This document shows positions 12,044-21,084 of a stretch of 64,000 nt of DNA, piece after piece. A program made the translations under genes and the position numbers. The notes under the pieces were generated by a model. The model was given only the letters and a program-made list of their open reading frames with translations, made no database searches and had not been told where the DNA came from. Within the stretch, counting starts at the first letter, position 1. Every line of letters starts with the position of its first letter. This DNA is from Myxococcota bacterium (GTDB taxonomy: Bacteria; Myxococcota_A; Bradymonadia; UBA7976; UBA1532): NCBI GenBank assembly GCA_023150895.1, contig JAKLJY010000036.1:429-64428 (forward strand), given 5' to 3'.

Positions 12044-13555
12044 ATGCGCGCCGCGTTGCAGACATCGACCCCGGGAAACGCCGGGCTGCTGGTCATCTCC
12101 GACCTGCACCTGGGCGCGGCGCTGCGCACGCCCATCGGCTTCACGGCCCGGCGCCGCGTCGCCACCGTCGACCGCGAGCTGGAGCGCTTCCTCGACCACC
12201 ACCGGGCGCACCCGCCCGCCGAGGGGCGCTGGACGCTGGTGCTGAATGGCGACACCTTCGATTTCATGCACATGGACCTGCGCCCCGAAGGTGAGGCCGC
12301 GGCAAGGATGCTCGCGCCGGAGGAGTACGCGTTCGGGCTCTCTTTCACGTCGCAACGCGCGCGTTTCAAGCTCAGTCTGATGGCCGCTTGGCACCGGCGG
12401 GCCTTCCGGGCGCTGTCGCGATTCGCCGCGGCGGGGCACCAGGTCGTGTTCGTCGCGGGCAATCACGACGCGGACCTGGCGTTTCCCGCCGTCCGCAACG
12501 AGCTCGTCGCGCACCTCGAAGCGCATGCCCCGGCGGCCGCGCGGGCCGGTGTCCGGGCCAACGTCCGCGTGGCGCGCTGGTTCTGGTTCGAGCCCGGCCG
12601 CGCGTACATCGAGCACGGGCATCGCTTCGACCCCTACACCACGTTCCACGACGCGCTGGTGCCGCGGATGTGGGGCAAGGCGACCCACCTCGCGGAGAGC
12701 TTCTGCCACGTCTCGTCGCGCCGCTTCGTCAATCGAATCCGGACGTTGCCGGTGCATGACCTCGACGCGTGGAAGATGATGGATTTCGTCCGGTGGGGCT
12801 TCGGCGCCGGGACGTCGCTGCATCGTCTGTTCTGGAGTTACGTCTCGCTCGTCGCGAATCTGGCCCGCCGGGCCGTGCGCGAGGAGCGCGAGCTGCGCGC
12901 CCGGTGGCAGCGGCGGCAGCGCGCGCGGCTGGCTCGCCTGAGGGCCTATGCCCGGGGCTCCCGGCTGAGCGTCGAGGCCCTGAGTGCGCTCGAAAGCCTG
13001 GGGGCGCGCCCGATCTCGGCCACGATCCGCGGGGTCTTCCACGCGCTCTATTTCCATCACGTCGGCATCGGCGCCATCGCCTTGGTGCTGGCCATCGTGG
13101 CGGGCATCCTCGCCCCGGGGCCGGCGTGGCGGGTCGGACTGCCGCTCGGCGTCCTGGCGGTGACGGCGGGCCTGTTCAAGCTGTTCGCCCACCTGCGCCC
13201 GGACCCCGATGCACACCCGCGCCTGGGGGCCATTGCCCAGCGCATCGTCGATTTCACCCGCGTGCCCATCGTCGTTTTCGGGCACACCCACAAAGAGACG
13301 GACGCACCGACGGGACCCGCGGCCGACGGGCCGACGGGCGCACGCTGGCTGAACCCCGGCGCGTGGGAGAACGCCTGGCGACGGCCGCGAGCCCACCGCG
13401 CGGGCGCCGCCTGTACCTGTGGACTCCGGTTCGCCCGCGTCGTCGGCGCCCCCGGCGGCACGAGCGGGGTCGACGCGCGCCTCGTGTTGTGGTGCCGAGC
13501 GGCCCGCGCCCCCATCGAGGGCCCCCTCCCCGACCTGCAAGGCGGCAGCCGATGA
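12044..13555 (+). CDS. Calcineurin-like metallophosphoesterase with internal TM segment
   Basis: Metallophosphoesterase motif series: ISDLHLG, NGDTFDF, VAGNHD, EHGHRFD and FGHTHKE. An internal hydrophobic stretch (GIGAIALVLAIVAGIL..LGVLAVTAGLF) is present. The start ATG at 12044 is uncertain. Confidence 0.8.
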   Translation: MRAALQTSTPGNAGLLVISDLHLGAALRTPIGFTARRRVATVDRELERFLDHHRAHPPAEGRWTLVLNGDTFDFMHMDLRPEGEAAARMLAPEEYAFGLSFTSQRARFKLSLMAAWHRRAFRALSRFAAAGHQVVFVAGNHDADLAFPAVRNELVAHLEAHAPAAARAGVRANVRVARWFWFEPGRAYIEHGHRFDPYTTFHDALVPRMWGKATHLAESFCHVSSRRFVNRIRTLPVHDLDAWKMMDFVRWGFGAGTSLHRLFWSYVSLVANLARRAVREERELRARWQRRQRARLARLRAYARGSRLSVEALSALESLGARPISATIRGVFHALYFHHVGIGAIALVLAIVAGILAPGPAWRVGLPLGVLAVTAGLFKLFAHLRPDPDAHPRLGAIAQRIVDFTRVPIVVFGHTHKETDAPTGPAADGPTGARWLNPGAWENAWRRPRAHRAGAACTCGLRFARVVGAPGGTSGVDARLVLWCRAARAPIEGPLPDLQGGSR

Positions 13556-14511
13556 ACCGGACCGGACGCCTCGACCCGCTGGAGGTCTTCGGCCTGCGCC
13601 CGTTCGGCAAGGCCGCCCGCGAGACACTCCTGACCCTCCGCGGCGACGCGAGCACGCCGCCCTCGCGCTTCGACGTCTCGAGCCTGCGGATGCTCGACCC
13701 GCGCGTGTCGTTCCCGCTGTGGCTCGGCCGGCGCCGTGCCGACGGCCTCATCCCCATCTACAACCTCTTCAACCATCGGCAGACCGATCCGGCCCTCGGC
13801 TGGTCCGTGCGCGTCACGCAGGTCGAGGACTTTCGCGGCGGCACCCTGACCTATGACTCCCACAACGGGACGGACTTCGCGGTGCCCGTCGGCACGACGG
13901 TCGTGGCCGCCGCGCCCGGCCGCGTGTTGCGGGTGTCGAGCGAGATGAACCGCGGCGGCCTCAAAGTCTTCATCGACCACGGCCGCGGGCTCGTCACCAC
14001 CAGCAACCACCTCGGACGCGCGTTGGTCGCCGTCGGCGACGTCGTCGACCGGGGGACGCCGGTTGCGCTGTCGGGGGCCTCGGGCATCGACTGTCTGGCG
14101 TTCTTCCCGTTCAGTTGCCCGCACGTGCACTTCAATGTGTGGCTGAACGGCGAGCCGGTGGACCCCTTCGCGCGGCCCGGCGAGGTCTCGCTGTGGCGTG
14201 GCGAAGGGGGCATGCCCGTCCCGGACGACGGCGCCGGCCGGGACGCAACGGCCGATCCGACGGCCTGGGACCACGACGCCGTCGCGCGCAGCATCGAGAC
14301 GTGTCTGCACGCGGGCGCGCGGGCGGAGCTTGCGGCCCTGACCGAGCCCGACGTGCGCGCCCTGGCGGTGATGTTTCAGCGCAACTACTACCCCACGCGC
14401 TTCCCGGAGCGTCCGAACCTCTACCGCGAGGCCCATCCGCGGGCCCCGTTCCTCGACCTTCCGTTCGAGCGGGGGGCGTTCGGGGGGGTGACGTTCATCG
14501 AGCGCGGCTGA
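13552..14511 (+). CDS. M23-family metallopeptidase
   Basis: M23 motifs: HNGTDFAVPVGTTVVAAAPGRV, FIDHGRGLVTTSNHL and PHVHFNVWLNG. The ATG overlaps the upstream stop (ATGA at 13552-13555). Confidence 0.8.
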   Translation: MNRTGRLDPLEVFGLRPFGKAARETLLTLRGDASTPPSRFDVSSLRMLDPRVSFPLWLGRRRADGLIPIYNLFNHRQTDPALGWSVRVTQVEDFRGGTLTYDSHNGTDFAVPVGTTVVAAAPGRVLRVSSEMNRGGLKVFIDHGRGLVTTSNHLGRALVAVGDVVDRGTPVALSGASGIDCLAFFPFSCPHVHFNVWLNGEPVDPFARPGEVSLWRGEGGMPVPDDGAGRDATADPTAWDHDAVARSIETCLHAGARAELAALTEPDVRALAVMFQRNYYPTRFPERPNLYREAHPRAPFLDLPFERGAFGGVTFIERG

Positions 14512-14524
14512 GGCCCGCCCTTTC

Positions 14525-16351
14525 TCAGAAGCTCGCCTCGTCGACGGCCATGAGGCCGAGTTCGCTGGCCTCGACGAGCTTGCGGGTGAGCGTCAGGCCG
14601 GGGAGGACGTGCCGGCTGAAGTACCGACACGACTCGATCTTGCCCTGGTAGAAGGCGCGATCCGCGCCCTTGGCCGTGGGGAGCTTCTCGCTCGCCAGCG
14701 CCGCGTGCCGGAACAGCAGCCACCCGATGACCGTCTCGGCGACGGCATGCAGGATGCGATTGCCCTGCACGCCGACGTGATGCGGTGACTCGGGCAGCTT
14801 GGCCATGATCGCCCCGAAGATGCCCTGAAGGTCGACGAGCGCGCGCCCGAGGGCCGCCCGCTCCGTCGCGAGCGCATCGCCTCCGAGGCCGCCGGCGACG
14901 ACCTGCTGCACCTCGCCCAGGAGACCCCGGAGCGTCTCGCCCATGTCCCGCGCGATCTTGCGGAAGAAGAGGTCGAGCGCCTGAATGTGCGTCGTGCCCT
15001 CGTAGAGCGTGTCGATCTTCTGGTCGCGGATGTACTGCTCCATGGGGTAGTCCTGGCAGTATCCGCTGCCGCCGAAGACCTGCAGGGCGATGCCGAGCAG
15101 CTCGTAGGTCTTGTCGGAGCTGTAGCCCTTGACGAGCGGCAGGAGCAGATCGTTGAGCTTGTCGGCCGCGTCGGCGCGGTCGTCCCCGTGCCCGCCCTGC
15201 AGCTCGACTCTGTCCTGGATGTGGGCGGTGTACAGGCCGAGCGCCCGCATGCCCTCGGCGTGCGCCTTGAGGTGCATGAGCATCCGGCGCACGTCGGCGT
15301 GCTCGATGATGCGCACCCGGGGCGCCGTCTTGTCCATCGCGCGGGGGAGATCCGGGCCCTGCACCCGCTCCTTCGCGTAGGCGAGCGCATTGAGGTAGGC
15401 CGTCGAGGCCGTGGCGATGGACTTCATGCCCACCGCCATGCGGGCGTTCTCGATGACATGGAACATCTGCCGGATGCCGTCGTGGACCTCGCCCATCAGA
15501 AGGCCCCGGCACGGCAGCCCGTCGCCGAGGGTCATCTCGCAGGTCGCCGAGGCCTTGATGCCCATTTTCTTCTCGACGTTCGTGCAGACGATGCCGTTGC
15601 GCTCGCTGAACGAACCGTCGGCCTCGACCCAGAACTTCGGGACGATGAAGAGCGAGAGCCCCTTCGTACCGGGACCGGCGCCCTCCGGGCGGGCGAGCAC
15701 GAGGTGGACGATGTTCTCGGCGGCGTCGTAGTCGCCGTTCGTGATGAACCGCTTGACGCCCTCGAGCAGCCAGGTGCCGTCCCCGTTCGGATTCGGCCAG
15801 GCGCGCGTGCGGCCGGCGCCGACGTCGCTGCCGGCGTCCGGCTCCGTCAGGACCATCGTGCCGCCCCAGGCGCGCTCGATGATGCGCTCGACGAACCGGG
15901 CCTTCTGCGCGTCGGTGCCCAGGCGGTCGATCGTCCGGGCCACGAAGGACCCGAACATGTAGAACGCCGCACACGGGTTCGAGCCGGCGATGAACTCGAA
16001 GCCGCCCCAGACGAGGCTCGGCGGCGAGCCGACCCCACCGAGACGCTCGGGAATCTCGAAGCGGTCCCAGCCGTTCTCGTGCCACGCCTCGAGCGCGCGG
16101 CGCAGATCGGCCGGCAGCGTCACGTTGCCCCGACCGTCGAACGTCAGCCCCTCGCGATCCGCCGTCGCGAAGCTCGCGGCGAGCTCGTTCACGCAGAACT
16201 TCTCGAGGGCCGCGAGCGTGGCGCGGGCCGTGTCCTCGTCGAGGTGGGCGTAGGGCCCGTGTCCGAGCGTGTGACGGCCGATGTCGAGGAACTCGAAGAG
16301 GTTGAACTCGACGTCGCGGCGGTTGGCTTTGTAGTGGCTGGCGGTGGACAT
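14525..16351 (-). CDS. Long-type acyl-CoA dehydrogenase
   Basis: ACAD features: LTEPDAGSD, ITNGD, a C-terminal helical domain with QVFGGSGY and IYEGTT-like (LYEGTTHIQ). Start chosen at MSTASHYKANRRDVEF. Confidence 0.85.
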   Translation of the reverse strand: MSTASHYKANRRDVEFNLFEFLDIGRHTLGHGPYAHLDEDTARATLAALEKFCVNELAASFATADREGLTFDGRGNVTLPADLRRALEAWHENGWDRFEIPERLGGVGSPPSLVWGGFEFIAGSNPCAAFYMFGSFVARTIDRLGTDAQKARFVERIIERAWGGTMVLTEPDAGSDVGAGRTRAWPNPNGDGTWLLEGVKRFITNGDYDAAENIVHLVLARPEGAGPGTKGLSLFIVPKFWVEADGSFSERNGIVCTNVEKKMGIKASATCEMTLGDGLPCRGLLMGEVHDGIRQMFHVIENARMAVGMKSIATASTAYLNALAYAKERVQGPDLPRAMDKTAPRVRIIEHADVRRMLMHLKAHAEGMRALGLYTAHIQDRVELQGGHGDDRADAADKLNDLLLPLVKGYSSDKTYELLGIALQVFGGSGYCQDYPMEQYIRDQKIDTLYEGTTHIQALDLFFRKIARDMGETLRGLLGEVQQVVAGGLGGDALATERAALGRALVDLQGIFGAIMAKLPESPHHVGVQGNRILHAVAETVIGWLLFRHAALASEKLPTAKGADRAFYQGKIESCRYFSRHVLPGLTLTRKLVEASELGLMAVDEASF

Positions 16352-16352
16352 T

Positions 16353-17231
16353 CTACTTCTTCGCCTCGCTGCCCGTCCCCGGGCGGACGACATGCTGTTT
16401 CTCGCGGATGCGCGCCTGCACCGCGTCGAGCGTCAGCTTCGTGCCGCGGCAGGCGTAGGACTGGGTCTTGCCGGCGACGACGGCCTCGCCGTAGCGCTGT
16501 TCGATCTGCCGCTGCACGGCGGCGATGCGCTCGCCCGTGGCCGGATGCGAGGAGAGAAACTGCGGCCCCGCGCCGCCCGCGGCCTTCTCCATCGCCAGGA
16601 TCTTCTTGAAGAAATCGACGAGCCCGAACGGGTTGTACCCCGCGTCGTGGGCAATCTGCAGACCGACGTCGTCGGCCTCCGACTCGTGCTCCTGACTGAA
16701 CTGCGTCGAGTTGAGAAACGCCCAGATGGTGCTGGCGGCATCGGCCGCGAGGCCCTCGCCTAAGACCATGCGCGCGAGCTCCTCGCCGGCCATCGCCGTC
16801 TCGAGGGAGCGCACGCCATGTCGCTCCGTGACGTGACCGAGCTCGTGTCCGAGGACGCCGGTGATTTCGGCGCAGGTGTCGGCCTGCAGGATCAGCCCCG
16901 TGCTGATGTAGGTGTACCCGCCGGGGGCGGCGAAGGCGTTGACGAGCGCGTCGTCGGCGATGACCTCGACCTTGTAGCCCTCGAACTCCTGCGGATCCCG
17001 GAACGGCGTCGAGGCCGTCGCGAGGCCGCCGACGAGGTCACGCGCCCACTCGGAGAGGGGATCGGCGGCCTCGACGATGCGGTACTGCTTCTCGATTTCC
17101 AGGTCGACGCCGCGGCCGATCTCGACCTCTTTGGTGTTGTTGATGAGCCCGCCGCAGCCCGTCGCGAAGAGTGACGAGACGAAAAGGGCGAAGGCGACGG
17201 CGAGACGGGTGAACGACGTGCGGGGAAACAT
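16353..17231 (-). CDS. M48-family zinc metallopeptidase lipoprotein
   Basis: Lipobox LFATGC. HExxH motif in VLGHELGHVTERH and downstream EADDVG. The stop lies 1 nt from the ACAD start. Confidence 0.85.
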   Translation of the reverse strand: MFPRTSFTRLAVAFALFVSSLFATGCGGLINNTKEVEIGRGVDLEIEKQYRIVEAADPLSEWARDLVGGLATASTPFRDPQEFEGYKVEVIADDALVNAFAAPGGYTYISTGLILQADTCAEITGVLGHELGHVTERHGVRSLETAMAGEELARMVLGEGLAADAASTIWAFLNSTQFSQEHESEADDVGLQIAHDAGYNPFGLVDFFKKILAMEKAAGGAGPQFLSSHPATGERIAAVQRQIEQRYGEAVVAGKTQSYACRGTKLTLDAVQARIREKQHVVRPGTGSEAKK

Positions 17232-17402
17232 GGGCCTCCGGGCGCGGACTTGATCTGGCGCATGGTGCAGTTCGGCCCGATCCATGTAAACGGTTTCGTC
17301 CGACGCGCCGCGATGCGACTCCATGCGGGCGGACCCCGGTCTCGGGACGCTCTTTTTTCAGCCCGCCGCCGCGGACCGCCGTAGGAGAGCACCGAAGTCA
17401 CC

Positions 17403-18293
17403 GTGAAGCCCGCCCGCCTCCTTTGGACCTTCGTGGCCCTCATCGCCGTCGGCGTCTCGGCCGCGGTGCTCACCTTGGGGGACGACTACTTCGCGCTCGA
17501 CCGGGCGGCGCGCCACCACGCCCCCGAGCACGAGACCCTGGGCCCGGGCGGCGCGCTCGGGCACATGCTCGGCATCGTGGGGTCGACGATGATGGTGGCG
17601 AACCTGCTGTATCTGGTGCGTCGGCGATGGGCGCGCATCGGCGGGATTGGCAGTCTGCAGAGCTGGCTGGCCTTCCACGTTGCGCTCGGCGTCGGGGGCG
17701 TGGCGCTCGTCTTCGCCCACGCGGCGCTGCTCTTCGACAATCCCATCGCCCGCGTCTCCCTCGTCGCGGCGCTCATCGTCCTGGTGACCGGCGTGGTTGG
17801 CCGCTGGATCTACGCACAGGTGCCCCATCGCCCCGACGGGGGCGAGATGGACGAGGCCGAGCTCGTCGCCGCGCTGCGCGCCGGGGTCGCCGCCGTCTCG
17901 CCGCACCTGCGCACGGCCGTGGAGGACGCCGAGCGCGCGCTCGCCCGGGTGGCCGCCCCGCCGGTGCCGGGCGTCCTGAGCGCCGCCCTCCAGGCCCTCG
18001 CCGCGCCGGTGACGTTCTTCCGGTTCCAGGCGACCCGCGCCCGGTGGGCCTCGCGTCTCGCGCGCGCCCCCTATTCCCTCGACCCCGCCGACCGCCGCGT
18101 CGCGCTGTCCGTCGCCGCCGATGCGGCGCGTCTTCGGCGCCGGTTTCGCCGTCAGTCGGCCTTCAAGCACATCGTCGGCGCCTGGCGCGGTGTGCATCGA
18201 ATCGCGACGTTCGTCATGCTCCTGACCCTCGTCACGCACGTCGTGACCGTTCTCTATTTTGCCGTGAAACACGGCGCGGGACCCATCCGATGA
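17403..18293 (+). CDS. Polytopic membrane protein with His residues in TM helices (first gene of the cytochrome cluster)
   Basis: Five or more hydrophobic helices. His residues lie in or near them: GHMLGIVGSTMMV, LAFHVALGVGGVALVFAHAALL and GVHRIATFVMLLTLVTHVV. GTG start. The stop overlaps the next ATG. Confidence 0.65.
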   Translation: MKPARLLWTFVALIAVGVSAAVLTLGDDYFALDRAARHHAPEHETLGPGGALGHMLGIVGSTMMVANLLYLVRRRWARIGGIGSLQSWLAFHVALGVGGVALVFAHAALLFDNPIARVSLVAALIVLVTGVVGRWIYAQVPHRPDGGEMDEAELVAALRAGVAAVSPHLRTAVEDAERALARVAAPPVPGVLSAALQALAAPVTFFRFQATRARWASRLARAPYSLDPADRRVALSVAADAARLRRRFRRQSAFKHIVGAWRGVHRIATFVMLLTLVTHVVTVLYFAVKHGAGPIR

Positions 18294-20056
18294 GGCGCGT
18301 CGTCGCCCTCGCGGCGGCCCTCTTCGTCCTTCTCCTCGCGTTCGCGAGCCCGGCGTTCGCGCAGTTCCTGTCGCCGGGCGAGATCTCGGCGCCGCACCGC
18401 GAGATCGCGGGCGACGGGGACTGCGATCGCTGCCACTCGGAGGATCAGGGTGTCACGGACCGCCTCTGCCTCGACTGCCACCGCCCCATTGCGGTGCGCC
18501 TGCAGCGGGGCGCCGGCTACCACGGCAAGGCGGCGAAGACCGAAGCCTGCACCAAGTGCCATCCGGAGCACCTCGGCCGCTCCGGTGCCATCGTCCGTTG
18601 GCCGGGGGGCCGACCCGAAGCGTTCAATCACCTGCAGGCCGGGTGGGCGCTGACGGGCAAGCACCACGACGCGAAGTGCCGGGATTGCCACGTCGCGAAG
18701 TACCGGACGGAGGGCAACCTGCCGGACCAGACCTGGCTCGGCCTGCCGACGGCCTGCCAGGCCTGCCACAAGACGGACGACCCGCACAAAGGCCAGTTCC
18801 GCGACCGCGCCTGTACGCAGTGCCACGTCACCGAGGACTGGAAGACGCTGACCCCCTTCGACCACGCGAAGACGAAGTTCGCGCTGCGGGGCAAACACGC
18901 CGACGTGAAGTGCGCGGAGTGCCACGAGAAGGGCGTGTACTCGGGTACGTCGATGGCCTGCGTCGAGTGCCACGAGACGCCCCACCCGAAGGCCACGGAG
19001 TTCGGCGAAAAGTGTGAACGCTGCCACACCGAGCGGCTCTGGTCGGAGCTCGTGTACGCGAAGCGGGAGCACCGGAAGTTCCCGCTCGACGGCGGGCACG
19101 CCGCCCCGAAGTGTACCGATTGCCACGGCCCGAAGGCGGTGCGAGCGCCCGTCACCGAGTGCGTCGCCTGTCACGCGCGCGACGACGTCCACAAGGGTCA
19201 GTTCGGGCGCAAGTGCGAGAGCTGCCACCAGATCAGCGCCTGGAAACAGCTCAAAAAGGGCGCCGCCATCGACCACGACAAGACGGCGTTCCCCCTGCGC
19301 GGCGAGCACATCGGCGTCGAGTGCGCCGAGTGCCACCCCAACGGCCGGTTCAAGCCGATCGCACACGCGCGTTGCCTGGACTGCCACCGCGATCCGCACG
19401 AGGGCAAGGTCGGCACGCAGTGCGAAGACTGCCACGCCGTCGGCGGGTTCCAGCCCGCGCTGTACCCGCTCGCCCGACACACGACGTTCGCGCTCACGGG
19501 CGCACACCGGGCGGTCCCCTGCAACGACTGCCACCGCCCCGCGCCGCCGAAGCTCGACTTCCGGCAGGGGTTGAAGGCGTGCGCCGAGTGCCACCGCGAT
19601 CCGCACGAGGGACAGTTCGCCCCGCGGACGTGCGAGGCCTGCCACACGACGGCCGCGTGGGTGGGGGCACCGTTCGACCACGCCGTCTGGCCGCTGACCG
19701 GGCGCCACGCCCGCGCCGCCTGCGTCGCGTGTCACGACGGCGGGCGCTACGAGGGCACGCCCCGCACTTGTGTCGCCTGCCACGGAGACACCCACCTCGG
19801 GCAGTTCGTCGCGGGGCCGCCGGTCAAGGCCTGCGACGTCTGCCATCGGACGGAGGCGTGGAAGGGCACGTTCGATCACACGAGCGTCTGGCCCCGCGAG
19901 GGTGAACACGAAAAGGCCACCTGTGCGGCCTGCCACAAAGAGGTGCGGGTCTCGGACGGCCGGGTGACGGTGCGCTGGCGGCTGGGCTTCCAGGACTGCG
20001 CCCGCTGCCACGAGAACGTCCATCGCCGCGGGCCGGCGGCGGAGGGGCAGCCATGA
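18290..20056 (+). CDS. Periplasmic multihaem c-type cytochrome with 23 CXXCH motifs
   Basis: Signal peptide MRRVVALAAALFVLLLAFASPAFAQ. I counted 23 CXXCH motifs in repeated doubled-CXXCH modules (F.L.G.H....C..CH). ATGA overlap at both ends. Confidence 0.9.
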   Translation: MRRVVALAAALFVLLLAFASPAFAQFLSPGEISAPHREIAGDGDCDRCHSEDQGVTDRLCLDCHRPIAVRLQRGAGYHGKAAKTEACTKCHPEHLGRSGAIVRWPGGRPEAFNHLQAGWALTGKHHDAKCRDCHVAKYRTEGNLPDQTWLGLPTACQACHKTDDPHKGQFRDRACTQCHVTEDWKTLTPFDHAKTKFALRGKHADVKCAECHEKGVYSGTSMACVECHETPHPKATEFGEKCERCHTERLWSELVYAKREHRKFPLDGGHAAPKCTDCHGPKAVRAPVTECVACHARDDVHKGQFGRKCESCHQISAWKQLKKGAAIDHDKTAFPLRGEHIGVECAECHPNGRFKPIAHARCLDCHRDPHEGKVGTQCEDCHAVGGFQPALYPLARHTTFALTGAHRAVPCNDCHRPAPPKLDFRQGLKACAECHRDPHEGQFAPRTCEACHTTAAWVGAPFDHAVWPLTGRHARAACVACHDGGRYEGTPRTCVACHGDTHLGQFVAGPPVKACDVCHRTEAWKGTFDHTSVWPREGEHEKATCAACHKEVRVSDGRVTVRWRLGFQDCARCHENVHRRGPAAEGQP

Positions 20057-21084
20057 CGACGATGCCTCTTCGGTACGCCACCGCCCTCGCGGTTGCTTTC
20101 GTCTGGGCATTTGCCGCGTTTGCGGCGTTCGCGGCGCCCGCGCCCGCGGTCCCGGCCGCGCCGGGGGGCGGTCACGGCACGGGGGACGTCTTCGCGCGGT
20201 GCGCCGACTGTCACGTCCCGCAGGGCTGGCATGTGCTCCGTTCGGGCGGCGCCGACGGGTTCGACCACGATCCCACCGGCTTCGCCCTGCGTGGACGCCA
20301 CGCGCTGCCGACGTGCAATGCCTGCCACAAGGGCACGAGCCTGCGCGGCGCGCGTTGTACGACGTGTCACGAAGACGTCCACCAGGGCCGCCAGGGCGAC
20401 CGCTGCGACGGGTGCCATACCAGCCGGGACTGGCGCCTGCCCGACGCCCTGGCCCTGCATGCCCGCACGCGCTTCCCGCTTCAGGGGGTGCACCTCACGA
20501 CCCCGTGCCGGGACTGTCACCGCGCCGCGGCGAACGACGTCTGGCAGGGCGCCGAAACGCGCTGCGCCGGCTGCCACCTCGCCGACGCCGCCGGACGCCA
20601 CCCGCGCCACGACGCGCCGCCGTTCACGACGCGCTGCGAGGCCTGCCACACGGCCTACGGGTTCCGGCCGGCGGTCATCGACCACTCGCCCTGGTGGCCC
20701 CTGACCGGCGCGCACCGCACGGCGGATTGCGCTCAGTGCCACACGGGCGGACGCTACCGGGGCACGCCGGAGCGGTGCGAGGGCTGTCACACGGACGACT
20801 TCCGACGCGGGCACGAGGCCGGTCACTCGACGGACTGCGCCGACTGCCACGGCACGGCGGCATGGCTGCCCGCGTCGAGCGTCGACCACGCACGGTTCTT
20901 CCCCTTGCCCCATCGCGGCGTCTCGGCCTGCGCGTCGTGCCACCCACAGGGCACGACGAGCCTGTCGTGCATGACGTGTCACGCACACAACCGCTCCGAG
21001 ATGGCCGAAGAGCACGACGACGTCCGCGGGTACGCCTTCGACGCCCGGGCCTGTTACCGCTGCCACCCCCGAGGTCGCGAATGA
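20053..21084 (+). CDS. Multihaem c-type cytochrome with 13 CXXCH motifs
   Basis: Hydrophobic signal ATALAVAFVWAFAAFAAFAAPA. 13 CXXCH motifs counted. The C-terminal module FPLPHRGVSACASCH..SCMTCH..ACYRCH is shared with the 24052-25761 product. Confidence 0.9.
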   Translation: MTTMPLRYATALAVAFVWAFAAFAAFAAPAPAVPAAPGGGHGTGDVFARCADCHVPQGWHVLRSGGADGFDHDPTGFALRGRHALPTCNACHKGTSLRGARCTTCHEDVHQGRQGDRCDGCHTSRDWRLPDALALHARTRFPLQGVHLTTPCRDCHRAAANDVWQGAETRCAGCHLADAAGRHPRHDAPPFTTRCEACHTAYGFRPAVIDHSPWWPLTGAHRTADCAQCHTGGRYRGTPERCEGCHTDDFRRGHEAGHSTDCADCHGTAAWLPASSVDHARFFPLPHRGVSACASCHPQGTTSLSCMTCHAHNRSEMAEEHDDVRGYAFDARACYRCHPRGRE

